Assembly: GCA_963663235.2 (NCBI GenBank)
Contig: CAXXNO010000006.1
Span: 256,001 to 320,000, forward strand
Length of the DNA stretch: 64,000 bases
Source of the DNA: Dehalococcoidia bacterium
GTDB lineage: Bacteria > Chloroflexota > Dehalococcoidia > Bin125
Direction: 5' to 3'
Program-made: the position numbers and the translations under genes
Notes under the pieces: generated by a model
What the model was told of the DNA's origin: nothing
The model's input: the letters and a program-made list of their open reading frames with translations, nothing else
The model's database searches: none
In this document: piece by piece, positions 18,675 through 28,674 of the stretch
Position numbering within the stretch: position 1 is the first letter of the stretch
How the letters are laid out: each line of letters begins with the position of its first letter

Positions 18675-19034
18675 GTGCCGAGACGGCGCCGGCGGAGGCG
18701 GAGAAGCGCGGGGGCGGGAGGCGCAGGCGCGTCAGCGGGCGAGGCGGAGCCCGGCGTCGCGCGGGCGCCCCTGCGGCGGGCGTGGTGGGTCCCCACCAGC
18801 GGTGTTTTCATCGCCTTCTTTCTTGGTCTGTGGCTGGGCGGAACCCTCTCGGTCACCGAGACCGCCAGCGGGGTGGCCCTAATCGTCGGCGCGCTGGGCA
18901 GCGGCCTGGGGCTGGCGCGCGTGATGGGGCGCGGGCGGGCGCGGCGGCTCAGCGCGCGCCGACGGGCGGCGGGGGAGCCAGCGCACGTGCACACGCGCAA
19001 ACGCGGAGCAGGCGCGGCCACAGACGAACCCTAG
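18675..19034 (+). CDS. Small two-TM membrane protein with Arg-rich ends
   Basis: GGGAG SD; hydrophobic segments VFIAFFLGLWLGG and VALIVGALGSGLGLA. Confidence 0.6.
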   Translation: MPRRRRRRRRSAGAGGAGASAGEAEPGVARAPLRRAWWVPTSGVFIAFFLGLWLGGTLSVTETASGVALIVGALGSGLGLARVMGRGRARRLSARRRAAGEPAHVHTRKRGAGAATDEP

Positions 19035-19053
19035 TTCCCGTCCCCCCGTCCTC

Positions 19054-19542
19054 TCACAAAAGGTCCCGCACCATCCAGGCTCCCGAGCCTTCCCGCGGCC
19101 AGGGCGCGACCGGGAGGGGCCGGTAGCCTAACCGCAGCCAGAAGTAGAAAGCGACGCCGTTGGAGCCGGGCACGAGCACGCGCGCCCGCCGCGCATCTTG
19201 GCGGCGCGCCGCGCGCTCCACGAGCGGGACGGCCGCCGCCGCGATACCCCGCAGCCGCCAGAGGGCGCCGACGGCCAGCCAAGTCCAGATCAGATCGTGA
19301 TGATCGAGACGGGCGGCCAGCGCGCCCACCACATCGTCGCTCTCAGCGTGGGGCAGCGCGATCCAATAGCCGCGATCACCAGCGCCCAGGCGATCAGGCA
19401 AGGAGCAGTCGCCTTGAGCGGAGAGGGCGCGCTCGGCGTCGGCGAGCCAGCGCGGCGGCGAATCGGCGGGACGGATGGCGCGCAGCCGGAGCCGTTTCGC
19501 GCGCAGCCGCGGCGGCCACGGCGCCCGCGGAGGGGCGTTCAT
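19054..19542 (-). CDS. GNAT family N-acetyltransferase
   Basis: WLAVGALWRLRGIA (motif A), NGVAFYFWLRLGY (motif B); ATGA overlap with the dinG stop. Confidence 0.75.
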   Translation of the reverse strand: MNAPPRAPWPPRLRAKRLRLRAIRPADSPPRWLADAERALSAQGDCSLPDRLGAGDRGYWIALPHAESDDVVGALAARLDHHDLIWTWLAVGALWRLRGIAAAAVPLVERAARRQDARRARVLVPGSNGVAFYFWLRLGYRPLPVAPWPREGSGAWMVRDLL

Positions 19543-22364
19543 CGATGCAACCACTCCGCGGCAAACGAAGCGAGATCCCGCGCCGGGAGGCGACGCACGC
19601 TCACGGGCGGCAGCGAGCGGACAAAGGCCTCGCCGTAGCCCTTGGCGGTGATACGTCCATCCAGCACGACCACAACGCCGCGATCATCGCGGCGGCGGAT
19701 GAGACGGCCGAACCCCTGCCGGAAGCGCACGATCGCCCGCGGCAGCGAGTACTCGCGAAACGAATCCTCGAAGAGCTCGGAGCGCGCCGCAAAGACGGGG
19801 TCAGTCGGCACAGAGAACGGCAGCCGCGCAATCACCACCAGCGAGACGCTGGGGCCGGGCATATCGACGCCCTCCCACAGCGAGGCGGTCCCCAACACGG
19901 CGGCGCGGGGGTTCTCCGCCAGCGTGCTCAGCAGACGGGCGGGTGCGCCGTCGATCCCCTGCGCCAAGACGAGGATGCCCGCCTCCTGCAAGGGGCGGCG
20001 GATGGCCTTGGCGGCGGCGCGCAGCGCCGCGTGGGAGGTGAAGAGCGCCAAGGCGCGGCCTTCGCTCGCCAGGATCAAGTCGATGAGCATCTCCTGCACG
20101 GCATGGCCGTAGGCGGGGTCGGCCGGCCCGGGGACATCGGTGGGCAGCAACAGAGTGACCGCGCGCCGGTAGTCGAACGGCGATCCGAAGCGGGCCTCGT
20201 CCGCCTCCTCCAGTCCCACGCTGTGCCGCAGGAAGTCGAAGCGGCCCTCGGCGGAGAGGGTCGCGCCGGTCAGCACGACGCATCGCCGGCGGCCGAACAA
20301 CTGCTCGGTCAACAGATCCGCCACGCGCAGGGGCGCCGCGCTGATCCGGATGGCACCCGTGCGGGCGGAGGCCGTGAGCCACGTGATCAGGGCGTCGTCG
20401 AGCTGGGTCAGCAAGCGGCCGCACTGCTCCGCGCGGTCAGCGAGGAGGTCGCGCAGGGCGTCGACCTCAGCCGCGAGATCCTCCGCATCGGGCAGGGCGC
20501 TGGGGGCGATCTCCAGGAGCGCCTCGTGCAGCCGGTGCAGCCGATCGTCGAGCGCGCGCAGGCGCTCCCAGGCCGACTCCCACACGATCTCCACGCGGCT
20601 CCAGGCGGGCTGTGCGCGACGGCCGGCGGTGAGGCGCAGACGCTGCTCGGCGCCGAAGCGATCGTCCGAGTGCTCGTCCGTGAAGGCGAGCAAGTCAGCG
20701 AAGAGCGAGTCGAGGGCGTCGGCGGCGGCCCGCGTGGCGCCGGGGAGCGCCTCCGCCAGCGCGGCGACATCCGCACACCCCGCAGCCTGCGCCTTGCCGC
20801 GCACGGCAGCCGCGAGGCCAGCGGGCGCGCCGCGCGGCCCGGTGCGGTGGAGCCGCTCCAGCGGCTCGCGGAACGATTCCCCGCTGAACGAAGCGCCCAG
20901 ATGCTGAGTGGCTTCCTCCTCAAGGTGGTGCGCTTCATCGATGATGACGGTGTCGGCGGCGGGGAGCGCCGTGCCGCCGGCCGCGAGGTCGCTGAGCAGC
21001 AGCGCGTGGTTCACCACCACGATGTGCGCCGCCTCGGCGCGGCGGCGGGCACGGAGGAGAAAGCAGGATCCATCGCGCACGAAGGAGCAGGTCCCGCCCG
21101 CCAGGCAATCCTCCCCTTCCGCGCTGAACCGGTTCCAGATGGCGTCCTCGCCGGGCAGGAGACGGAACCCGGCGCGGTCGCCGGTCTCGGTGGTGCGCAG
21201 CCAGAGGAGGATGCGGGCCAGCAGGCGGACGTCGGCAGTGGTGTTCGATTCGGCCCAGCGCTCGGCCAGCAGGCGCCGACGGCAGAGATAGTTGCGCCGC
21301 CCCTTGAGCGGCGCGACCCGCAGGGCGGCCGCGACCTCGGCGCCCACGGCGTCGGCGAGCAGCCGCCGCAAAGCGGGCACATCTTTCTCCAGCACCTGCT
21401 CCTGGAGGTTGATGGTGTTGGTGCTGATGATCACGCGCGCGCCCTCGCGGAGGGCGTAGAGCGCCGCGGGAATGAGATAGGCGAGCGTCTTGCCCGTACC
21501 GGTGCCCGCCTCCACGACCAGGTGCCGACCGGCGCCGAGCGCCTGCGCCACCGCGCGGGTCATGCCGATCTGCTCCGCGCGTTCCTCGAAGGCGCCGAAC
21601 GGCTCGGGATTGCGGGCGCCCGCCGCCAGCACGCGCACGGCGGCATCACCATCGAGCGGGGGCACGGCATCCCCCAGCGCCGGCGGGCGCGAGGGAAGCT
21701 CCGAGGCGTCCACCCCGGTGGCAGGCTCGCCCGGGGGCGCGGGGCGCACACGGCCGGCCGGCCGCAGAACGTCCCGCGCCGGAACGAACTCGCGCAGCAA
21801 CTCGACCAGCGGCCAGTCGGCGCAGGCGCCGAGCGCGAGCAGGTCGGCCAGCAGGTCCGCGGGGAGATCCCGCGCGCTGTGGTAGAGAGCCAGGAAGACC
21901 TGCCGGCTGGTCTCGGCGTCGGCCAGGGCGCGGTGGCGGACGGGCGTCTCCACCCCCAGCCGGCGCGCCAGCGCCTCGAGGTTGTGTTCACGCTCCTGCG
22001 GCTGCAGCAGAGTGGCGAGCTCGAACGTATCGAAGGCGGGGCCGGGCGGGATAATCCCGGCGTCTTCGAGGAAGGCAAGGTCAAAGGCGACGTTGTGGCC
22101 CACGACGGCGGCGTCAGCGATGAACCCTTCGATGTCCAAGCGGACGCTGTCGAAGTGGGGGGCGTCGCGCACGTCGGCGTCGGAGATTCCGGTCAGCTGT
22201 TCGACGACGTAGGGGATCGGCATCCCCGGATTGATCAACGTGCTGAAGGTCGTCTCGACCCGATCAAGGTTGAAGCGCACCGCGCCCACTTCCGTGATGC
22301 GGTCGCGCCCCGGCTTGAGGCCGGTGGTTTCCAGATCGAGAGCGACGAAGGTCCGGGAGGCCAC
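19539..22364 (-). CDS. dinG: DEDDh 3'-5' exonuclease fused to a DinG-family helicase
   Basis: DLETTG..HRALADA exonuclease; EAGTGTGKT, DEAHHL, QGFGRLIR; four Cys of the Fe-S domain present; GTG start after GGGAGG. Confidence 0.93.
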   Translation of the reverse strand: MASRTFVALDLETTGLKPGRDRITEVGAVRFNLDRVETTFSTLINPGMPIPYVVEQLTGISDADVRDAPHFDSVRLDIEGFIADAAVVGHNVAFDLAFLEDAGIIPPGPAFDTFELATLLQPQEREHNLEALARRLGVETPVRHRALADAETSRQVFLALYHSARDLPADLLADLLALGACADWPLVELLREFVPARDVLRPAGRVRPAPPGEPATGVDASELPSRPPALGDAVPPLDGDAAVRVLAAGARNPEPFGAFEERAEQIGMTRAVAQALGAGRHLVVEAGTGTGKTLAYLIPAALYALREGARVIISTNTINLQEQVLEKDVPALRRLLADAVGAEVAAALRVAPLKGRRNYLCRRRLLAERWAESNTTADVRLLARILLWLRTTETGDRAGFRLLPGEDAIWNRFSAEGEDCLAGGTCSFVRDGSCFLLRARRRAEAAHIVVVNHALLLSDLAAGGTALPAADTVIIDEAHHLEEEATQHLGASFSGESFREPLERLHRTGPRGAPAGLAAAVRGKAQAAGCADVAALAEALPGATRAAADALDSLFADLLAFTDEHSDDRFGAEQRLRLTAGRRAQPAWSRVEIVWESAWERLRALDDRLHRLHEALLEIAPSALPDAEDLAAEVDALRDLLADRAEQCGRLLTQLDDALITWLTASARTGAIRISAAPLRVADLLTEQLFGRRRCVVLTGATLSAEGRFDFLRHSVGLEEADEARFGSPFDYRRAVTLLLPTDVPGPADPAYGHAVQEMLIDLILASEGRALALFTSHAALRAAAKAIRRPLQEAGILVLAQGIDGAPARLLSTLAENPRAAVLGTASLWEGVDMPGPSVSLVVIARLPFSVPTDPVFAARSELFEDSFREYSLPRAIVRFRQGFGRLIRRRDDRGVVVVLDGRITAKGYGEAFVRSLPPVSVRRLPARDLASFAAEWLHR

Positions 22365-22449
22365 TGCCTCCCCCCGCCTAGACGCCAGCCTCGGGAGAGG
22401 CGGCGTTGGATGGATGCAGGGTAGCGCAGGGGGCGGTGGGGCAGAGGCG

Positions 22450-22863
22450 TCAGGCCTCGGCGAGATGGGGCAGGAACCAACCGAAGAGGCCGGCGAAGAG
22501 CAGCGCCGCGAACGTCGCGCCGCGCCATGAGGCCGGCCGCAGGGCCCAGGCCGCGGCGAAGGCGAAGGCAGAGAGCGCCAGCACCCCGACGGTGAAGCCA
22601 AGGCTGGGGCTGCCCAGGCCGCCGGAGGCGTTGTCCGACAGGGCCCAGTACGCGCCGCCGAAGAGGAGGCCGATCAGGCCCCACAGCGCCTGCCCGGCGA
22701 GAGCCAACGCCGTCGTGATCCAGGGCAACGATGCGCCGTGAGGAAAGCGGCGCTGGAGCGGAGCCGTCCAGCCCGCCAGGGCGTGCACCTGCGTGGCCAG
22801 CAAGGCGAGCGAGAACACGCCCATGGCGTAGCCGGCGACGAAGCCCGCGAGCAGCGCCTCCAT
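22450..22863 (-). CDS. Four-TM hypothetical membrane protein
   Basis: Four hydrophobic stretches; ATG 3 nt after the ispE stop. Confidence 0.7.
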   Translation of the reverse strand: MEALLAGFVAGYAMGVFSLALLATQVHALAGWTAPLQRRFPHGASLPWITTALALAGQALWGLIGLLFGGAYWALSDNASGGLGSPSLGFTVGVLALSAFAFAAAWALRPASWRGATFAALLFAGLFGWFLPHLAEA

Positions 22864-22866
22864 GGC

Positions 22867-23817
22867 TCAGCCCTCTCCAAGCGACGACGGGGCGACCTCC
22901 TGGATGGCCCAGGCCGAGCGGGCGAACGGCCGGACCAGCCAAGCGCGCCCGCCTTGACCATCAAGCGAAGCGACCGCAGAGGCGAGGCGTTCCGGGTCGC
23001 CCAGGGCGAAGAGGGCGGGGCCGGCGCCGGCGAGGAGCGGCACCGCTCCGAGCGCCGCCGCAAAGCGACGCCGCGCCGGGCGCAGGCCCAGGAGGACCTC
23101 ATCGGCGATGGCGTCAAAGGTGTTGTACACATCGTCCGCGCGCGGCGGGCGGCCGCTCTCCAGGCGAGCGACCAGCGCCCGGGAGGCCCGGCCGCCAGCG
23201 AAATTGGTGGGGCGCAGCGCATGGAACATCGTGGCGGTTTTGGCTTGCGGTAGCGGCAGCTCCGGACTCCAGACGGCGGCGGCCCAATCGTCGGCGGCTG
23301 GAGCCTCGGGCAGCGACCGCACCTTCTCACCGCGCCCCTCCATGACCACCGTGCCGCCGTTGAGGAAGAGGGTCACGTCCGAGCCGATCTCGGCGGCGAG
23401 GGCGGCCAGCTCGGCGTCATCGAGCGCGAGGTTCCACCAGCGCCGCGCCAGGCGGAGGAAGGCGGCGGCATCGCTCGAACCGCCACCGAGCCCGGCGGCG
23501 ACAGGGATGCGCTTCTCCACACGCACCGCGGCACGATCGTCCACGCCGTAGCGATCGATCAGCAGGTCCCAGGCGCGGGCGATCAGCTCCGGTTGCGAGG
23601 GGCCCACTCCCGGAACGGCCAGCGGACGGCCGCCCTCTCCGACGAAGCGCACGCTGCGCCCAGGCGCCGCCTCGATCGTGACGGCGTCCAGCAAGTCCAC
23701 GGTCTGGACCACAGAGACGAGATCGTGAAAGCCGTCCGAGCGACGGCCGAGCACTTCAAGGGTGAGGTTGATCTTGGCCGGCGCCGCGAGGCGCAGGGCG
23801 CCGGCCGAGCGGCTCAC
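22867..23817 (-). CDS. ispE: 4-diphosphocytidyl-2C-methyl-D-erythritol kinase
   Basis: APAKINLTLEV, KRIPVAAGLGGGSSDAA, IGSDV; GTGA overlap with the rsmA stop. Confidence 0.93.
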   Translation of the reverse strand: MSRSAGALRLAAPAKINLTLEVLGRRSDGFHDLVSVVQTVDLLDAVTIEAAPGRSVRFVGEGGRPLAVPGVGPSQPELIARAWDLLIDRYGVDDRAAVRVEKRIPVAAGLGGGSSDAAAFLRLARRWWNLALDDAELAALAAEIGSDVTLFLNGGTVVMEGRGEKVRSLPEAPAADDWAAAVWSPELPLPQAKTATMFHALRPTNFAGGRASRALVARLESGRPPRADDVYNTFDAIADEVLLGLRPARRRFAAALGAVPLLAGAGPALFALGDPERLASAVASLDGQGGRAWLVRPFARSAWAIQEVAPSSLGEG

Positions 23818-24674
23818 GACCGCGCCGTACCGACGAAGGGAGCGGGCGGCGCGGCGGATTCCTCGCGGGACCAGGCCAGCCGGGCCCACTCCTCCAACTC
23901 CAGCGTGCCCGCGCGGCGGCTGGGATCGATGTCGCAGCGCTCGAGCCAGCGCTTGGCCTCGCCCTCGGGCAGCCAGAGCGCCAACGAGAGGGAGTTGTGC
24001 AACTGCTTGCGGGGCGCGCGAAAGCCCGCGCGCACCACCTCGAAGAAGCGGGGCTCGCTGGGCACCTCCACCGCGGGCCGGTCGCGCACGGCTAGGAACA
24101 CGACCGCCGAGCGCACCTGCGGAGGCGGGCGGAAGGCGTCGCGCTCGACATTGAACAGGATCGTGGGCTGGGCGTAGAACTGCACGGAGACGCCGAGCAG
24201 CGATCGCCGGCGCGGCGGGGCGACGAGCTGGAGGGCCACCTCACGCTGCACCATCACCAGCAGCCAACGGGGCCGGGGCCGGGTCTCGCCTAGGAAGCGG
24301 CGGAAGATCGGCGCCGTAATCGCGTAGGGGAGATTGCCCACCACCCCGTAGGGCGCCGCCGCCGCGACCGTCGCCAGCAGATCCTCGGCCGGCAGGTCAA
24401 GGATGTCGCCGTGCACGAGGCGGCAATCGTCGCGCTCGGGGAGACGACCGCGCGTCAGCATCGCCCAGCCCTCGTCGAACTCGACGGCGACCAACGGCCG
24501 CCCGAGCCGGGCGAGCGGCAGGGTGAGGACACCGTCGCCGGCGCCGATCTCGATGAGGGGCAATCCGTCGTCGGGCACGGCGGCGATGATGCTGTCGCAC
24601 ACGGCAGAGTCGCGAAGAAAGTGCTGCCCGAGGCGCGGCCGCCGCCGAGCGCCGCCGCGACGGTTTGCGCTCAT
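23814..24674 (-). CDS. rsmA: 16S rRNA m6,2A dimethyltransferase
   Basis: LGQHFL, EIGAGDGVLT, GNLPY, MVQREVA, FRPPPQVRS. Confidence 0.95.
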   Translation of the reverse strand: MSANRRGGARRRPRLGQHFLRDSAVCDSIIAAVPDDGLPLIEIGAGDGVLTLPLARLGRPLVAVEFDEGWAMLTRGRLPERDDCRLVHGDILDLPAEDLLATVAAAAPYGVVGNLPYAITAPIFRRFLGETRPRPRWLLVMVQREVALQLVAPPRRRSLLGVSVQFYAQPTILFNVERDAFRPPPQVRSAVVFLAVRDRPAVEVPSEPRFFEVVRAGFRAPRKQLHNSLSLALWLPEGEAKRWLERCDIDPSRRAGTLELEEWARLAWSREESAAPPAPFVGTARS

Positions 24675-24781
24675 GCCCGGCTCCCGCCGATGGAACGGGA
24701 ACCGCGGCCAGCGCGAGAAAAGGAAAGGAGAGGAGGGGGACTCACCGAACCGAATCGCAGCAGTGGGACGGCGAAGGGAGT

Positions 24782-25048
24782 GATCGTGCACCCGCCGTCG
24801 AACGCCGCCACAAGCTTATCGCCGTCAGCCAGCTCCGCCCAGGCACCCCTGTGGCACCCGAAGCCTTCTACTTACCGCTGCTTCCTCTCGGATCTGACGG
24901 AGTTCGCAGCGCTTCGCCGCACAGGACCCAGGCATCAACACCGCTTGGCGCCGACAGTTCTCATCGCGGACGCCCTCGGGCGGGAATTCGACCCCGCTGA
25001 AGCGGATTGCGGGTACAGGGCACCGCTGGCTCCCCGTCTAGCACGACC
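24782..25048 (-). ncRNA. ffs: Large (Bacillus-type, Alu-domain) signal recognition particle RNA
   Basis: Reverse complement reads GGTCGTGCTAGACGGGGAGCCAGCGGTGCCCTGTACCCGCAATCCGC...GTCAGATCCGAGAGGAAGCAGC...GTGCACGATC, matching the scRNA Alu domain and domain IV with a GNRA loop; the ends pair. Confidence 0.95.
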
Positions 25049-25054
25049 ACCCGC

Positions 25055-25084
25055 ACTGTATCGCCGGCTAGCAGAATTGGTCAA
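25055..25084 (-). promoter_or_regulatory. Sigma70-type promoter of SRP RNA, TTGACC-N18-TACAGT
   Basis: -10 ends 6 nt before the predicted RNA 5' end. Confidence 0.8.
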
Positions 25085-25137
25085 ACAGGCATCAGCCTAA
25101 CCGAAGCGCAAAAGAGCGTCCCGCCGAGGAGAGCCGT

Positions 25138-25167
25138 TTGCCGCTCCTCAAGAGCCGAGGATAGACT
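25138..25167 (+). promoter_or_regulatory. Divergent promoter TTGCCG-N18-TAGACT
   Basis: Consensus-like hexamers upstream of the SD and ATG 25200. Confidence 0.6.
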
Positions 25168-25199
25168 GAATGTTCAGCGGATCAGACGGAGAGAGGCCG

Positions 25200-26669
25200 A
25201 TGCGCGTCGTTTCATTGGGCTTCGCGCTGCCGAACCAGAGCGTCGATAACCACTCGATCGCGAACGCGCCTTCGCTCTTCGAGTACGACGCATGCTTCAT
25301 CGATCCGCGGGCGGTGTCGCGGCAGATCGAAGAGATCGTCGCGGGGACCAGCGAGCACCGCACCGCGGACGCCGCGCCCGTGCTGGCCGGCGCCAGCGGC
25401 GCGTTCCACTACGGCCTGGCGGAGTTGCTCCAGCAGCGCCGGCAGGAGTTGGTGCGGCTGCTCGATCGCGGTGGGCTGGTGGTGCTTCTCGGCTACCCCA
25501 ACGTGCCGCATCCATCGGTGAGCGCGCTGCCCGGCGCGGACCGTTACACCATCCTGCCCGGCGCGCCCGGCGTGCTCTACCGCCCACCGCAGTTGCTGGC
25601 CGGGGCGGGGTCCGGGGTGCGGCCGGTGGACCCGACCCACCCGTTCAGCGTGTACATCGACGATCTTGCGGGGAAGCTGCGCTACCAGGCGCATTGGGAT
25701 GTGGCCCAGGTCCCCGAGTTCGACAGCGTTGGCACGGTGATCGCACGCAGCCACGGGGGCGCGGCGGTCGCGGTGGAGTTCCGGGTGGGGCCCGGGCGGG
25801 TGGTGTTCGTGCCGCCGCCGGCCACGGAGCCACGGGGGGAAACGCGGCGCGCCTTGACCGCCGCGGTGCTGGAGAGCATTACCCGCAGCCTGGAGGGCAG
25901 CGACGGCGAGGAAGCGCCGGCTTGGAGCCAGAGCTACGGCCTGCCGGGGCTGGCGGAGGCGCGCGAACGGGTCGAGGCGGCCGAGAGCGCGTTCGCCGAA
26001 ACGGAAAGCCGGTTGGTGGAGGCGCGGGCGGCGCTGGCGGACGTGGCGCGGTTTCAGGGGCTGCTCTGGCGTCAGGGGCCATACGGCTTCGCGCCGCTGG
26101 TGCGCGACGCCTTCCGGGCGCTGGGCTTCAGCGTGACCCCAGACTTGCAGCAGCCCGCGGAGCTGAAGGACGGCGACGAGATCGCGCTGCTGGAGGTGGA
26201 CGCGTCCGCGCACACGGTCAAGGAGCAGAGCTACCTCAAGCTGCAGCGACGGATTGAGGAGGAGTTCCTGCGCAGCGGCGTGCGGCGCAAGGGCGTGATC
26301 GCGGTCAACGGCAAGCGGCGAGTCGATCCCAAGAACCGCGCGGAGCCGTACTCCAAGACGCTGACCAATGCCTGCGAGAGCTTCGGCTACGCGCTGATCA
26401 CGGGCGACTCGCTGTTCACGCTGACGACGTACGCGCTGGAAGACGCCGAGGCCGAGACGCTGGCGGAGATCCGGCAGACGATCCTCAACGCCGAGGGCGT
26501 GCTGGTGGTGGAGGAGCGCGACGAGGCCGTCGCGGATGCGGACGACGAGGCGGAGCCCGAGGCGGCGGAGGAAGAGCCCGCGGCGGTCCCGACCGACGAG
26601 CCTCCGGCGCCGGTGGAAGCGGCGGTGGCGGGGGCGTCGGAGGACGGGGGGTCGGGGGAGGGGGGCTAG
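25200..26669 (+). CDS. Hypothetical protein: alpha/beta N-domain, coiled coil, degenerate PD-(D/E)xK-like C-domain, acidic tail
   Basis: Coding-like codon use; GGAGAGAGG SD; LVRDAFRALGF..LLEVD..KGVIAVN pattern. Confidence 0.75.
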   Translation: MRVVSLGFALPNQSVDNHSIANAPSLFEYDACFIDPRAVSRQIEEIVAGTSEHRTADAAPVLAGASGAFHYGLAELLQQRRQELVRLLDRGGLVVLLGYPNVPHPSVSALPGADRYTILPGAPGVLYRPPQLLAGAGSGVRPVDPTHPFSVYIDDLAGKLRYQAHWDVAQVPEFDSVGTVIARSHGGAAVAVEFRVGPGRVVFVPPPATEPRGETRRALTAAVLESITRSLEGSDGEEAPAWSQSYGLPGLAEARERVEAAESAFAETESRLVEARAALADVARFQGLLWRQGPYGFAPLVRDAFRALGFSVTPDLQQPAELKDGDEIALLEVDASAHTVKEQSYLKLQRRIEEEFLRSGVRRKGVIAVNGKRRVDPKNRAEPYSKTLTNACESFGYALITGDSLFTLTTYALEDAEAETLAEIRQTILNAEGVLVVEERDEAVADADDEAEPEAAEEEPAAVPTDEPPAPVEAAVAGASEDGGSGEGG

Positions 26670-26759
26670 CGCGTGACGGCGCAGCCGCGGTCATCACCTC
26701 AGCCTCTCATCGTGCGGCGGTGGACGTGGGAGCACGGCCTCTCCGCGCCGCGCTGATCC

Positions 26760-28610
26760 CTAACGCTCGTCGAGGCGGAGGACGGCGAGGAAGGCCTCCT
26801 GGGGGATCTCGACGTTGCCGACGCGCTTCATGCGCTTCTTGCCCGCGGCCTGCCTGGCCAGGAGCTTGCGCTTGCGGGAGACGTCGCCGCCGTAGCACTT
26901 GGCCAGCACGTTCTTGCGGGAGGCCTTGACCGTCTCGCGGGCGACGATGCGGCCACCGATGGCCGCCTGGATAGGGACGTCGAAGAGTTGCCGCGGGATC
27001 AGTGAGCGCAGCCGCTGGACCAAGAGGCGCCCGTGGGCGGCGGCGCGGTCCGCGTGGACGATGCTGGAGAGGGCATCGACGGGCTCGCCGTTGACCAGCA
27101 CCTCCAGCTTCACGAGTTTGGCGGCGCGGTAGTCGATGGGGGTGTAGTCGAGGCTGGCGTAGCCCTGGGTACGGGACTTCAGCTCGTCGTAGAAGTCGAC
27201 CAGGATATCCGAGAGCGGCGCCTCGTACTCCAGCAGCACGCGCTGGCGCCCGGCCTCCGCCGCCTGCGCCGCCTCCGCCCCGCGCTCCAGGTACTCCATC
27301 TTGTCGAAGCGGCCGCGCCGCCCGGTGACCATCTCCATCACGGCCCCCACGTGGCGGTCCGGGGTGATCACGCTGATGCGCACCCAGGGCTCGCGCACCT
27401 CGGCGATGCGGCTGGGGTCCGGCAGATCGGCCGGGTTATCGATGCGGCGCACGTCGCCGGCGGTGGTTTGCACCTCATACTCGACGGAGGGGGCCGTGAA
27501 GACGAGCTCGACGTCGTACTCGCGCTCCAAACGCTCCTGGACGATCTCCATGTGCAGCAGGCCGAGGAAGCCCATGCGAAAGCCGAAGCCGAGGGCAGGC
27601 GAGCTCTCCGGCTGGTAGTGGAGGGAAGCGTCGCTGAGGCGGAGCTTCTGCAGCGCGGCCTGGAGCGTGGGGTAGTCGCTGGACTGGGCAGGGTAGAGGC
27701 CGGCGAAGACCATGGGCTTGGCCTCGGCATAGCCGGGCAGGGGGGTGGAGGCGGGGCGCGTCCGCTCGGTGATGGTGTCGCCGACGCGCACCTCGCCGAC
27801 GTCCTTGAGGCCGGTGGCGACGTAGCCCACCTCCCCCGCCTGGAGCCGGGGAAGCGCCGTGAGTTGCGGGCGGAAGGTCCCGACTTCCAGGGGCTCCAAG
27901 CGTCGCTGCGAGGCGAAGAGGCGCAGGGGCACACCGGCCGCGATGGAGCCGTCCACCACGCGCACGTAGGCCACCACACCTTTGTAGGAGTCGTATTCGG
28001 AATCGAAGATGAGCGCGCGGAGCGGGGCGCTTGGATCGCCGCGGGGCGGCGGGACGCGCTCGACGATCGCATCGAGCAACGCGGGCACGCCCTCCCCGGT
28101 CTTGGCGGAGACGTACAGCACGTCGCGGGCATCGAAGCCCATCACATCCACCAGCTCGCGCGTGACCTGTTCGGGCTGCGCCACCGGAAGGTCGATCTTG
28201 TTCACGACGGGGATGATGGTGAGATTTTGCTCGAGAGCGAGGTAGACATTGGCCAGCGTCTGGGCCTGGATGCCCGCGGCGGCGTCCACCACCAGCAGCG
28301 CGCCCTCGACGGCGGCCAAGGTGCGCGACACCTCGTAGGTGAAGTCGACGTGGCCGGGCGTGTCCACCAGGTTCAGCTGCAGCGGTGCGCCGTCGGGAGG
28401 GGCGTAGGTCATGCGCACCGCCCGGGCCTTGATGGTGATGCCCTTCTCCCGCTCCAAGTCCATGAAGTCGAGCACCTGGTCGGCCATGTCGCGCGGGCCG
28501 ACGGTGCCGGTGATCTCCAGCATGCGGTCCGCCAGGGTCGATTTCCCGTGGTCGATGTGGGCGATGATGCAGAAGTTGCGGACGCGGTTGCGAGAGGGAT
28601 CGCGCTCCAT
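26760..28610 (-). CDS. lepA: Elongation factor 4
   Basis: [39 protein letters not shown]. Confidence 0.98.
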   Translation of the reverse strand: MERDPSRNRVRNFCIIAHIDHGKSTLADRMLEITGTVGPRDMADQVLDFMDLEREKGITIKARAVRMTYAPPDGAPLQLNLVDTPGHVDFTYEVSRTLAAVEGALLVVDAAAGIQAQTLANVYLALEQNLTIIPVVNKIDLPVAQPEQVTRELVDVMGFDARDVLYVSAKTGEGVPALLDAIVERVPPPRGDPSAPLRALIFDSEYDSYKGVVAYVRVVDGSIAAGVPLRLFASQRRLEPLEVGTFRPQLTALPRLQAGEVGYVATGLKDVGEVRVGDTITERTRPASTPLPGYAEAKPMVFAGLYPAQSSDYPTLQAALQKLRLSDASLHYQPESSPALGFGFRMGFLGLLHMEIVQERLEREYDVELVFTAPSVEYEVQTTAGDVRRIDNPADLPDPSRIAEVREPWVRISVITPDRHVGAVMEMVTGRRGRFDKMEYLERGAEAAQAAEAGRQRVLLEYEAPLSDILVDFYDELKSRTQGYASLDYTPIDYRAAKLVKLEVLVNGEPVDALSSIVHADRAAAHGRLLVQRLRSLIPRQLFDVPIQAAIGGRIVARETVKASRKNVLAKCYGGDVSRKRKLLARQAAGKKRMKRVGNVEIPQEAFLAVLRLDER

Positions 28611-28674
28611 GCGGACGTGATCGTATCACCTTCGCGCGGCAGGGAGAGGCGGCGCAGGCCACCAGCGCGCAGGC

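Noticed and set aside
19539-22364. DinG as a type IV CRISPR CasDinG
   Set aside because: Chromosomal exonuclease-fused type, with no csf genes or array.
24411-25100. Called ORFs over the rsmA upstream region
   Set aside because: Explained by the SRP RNA gene and its promoter on the minus strand.
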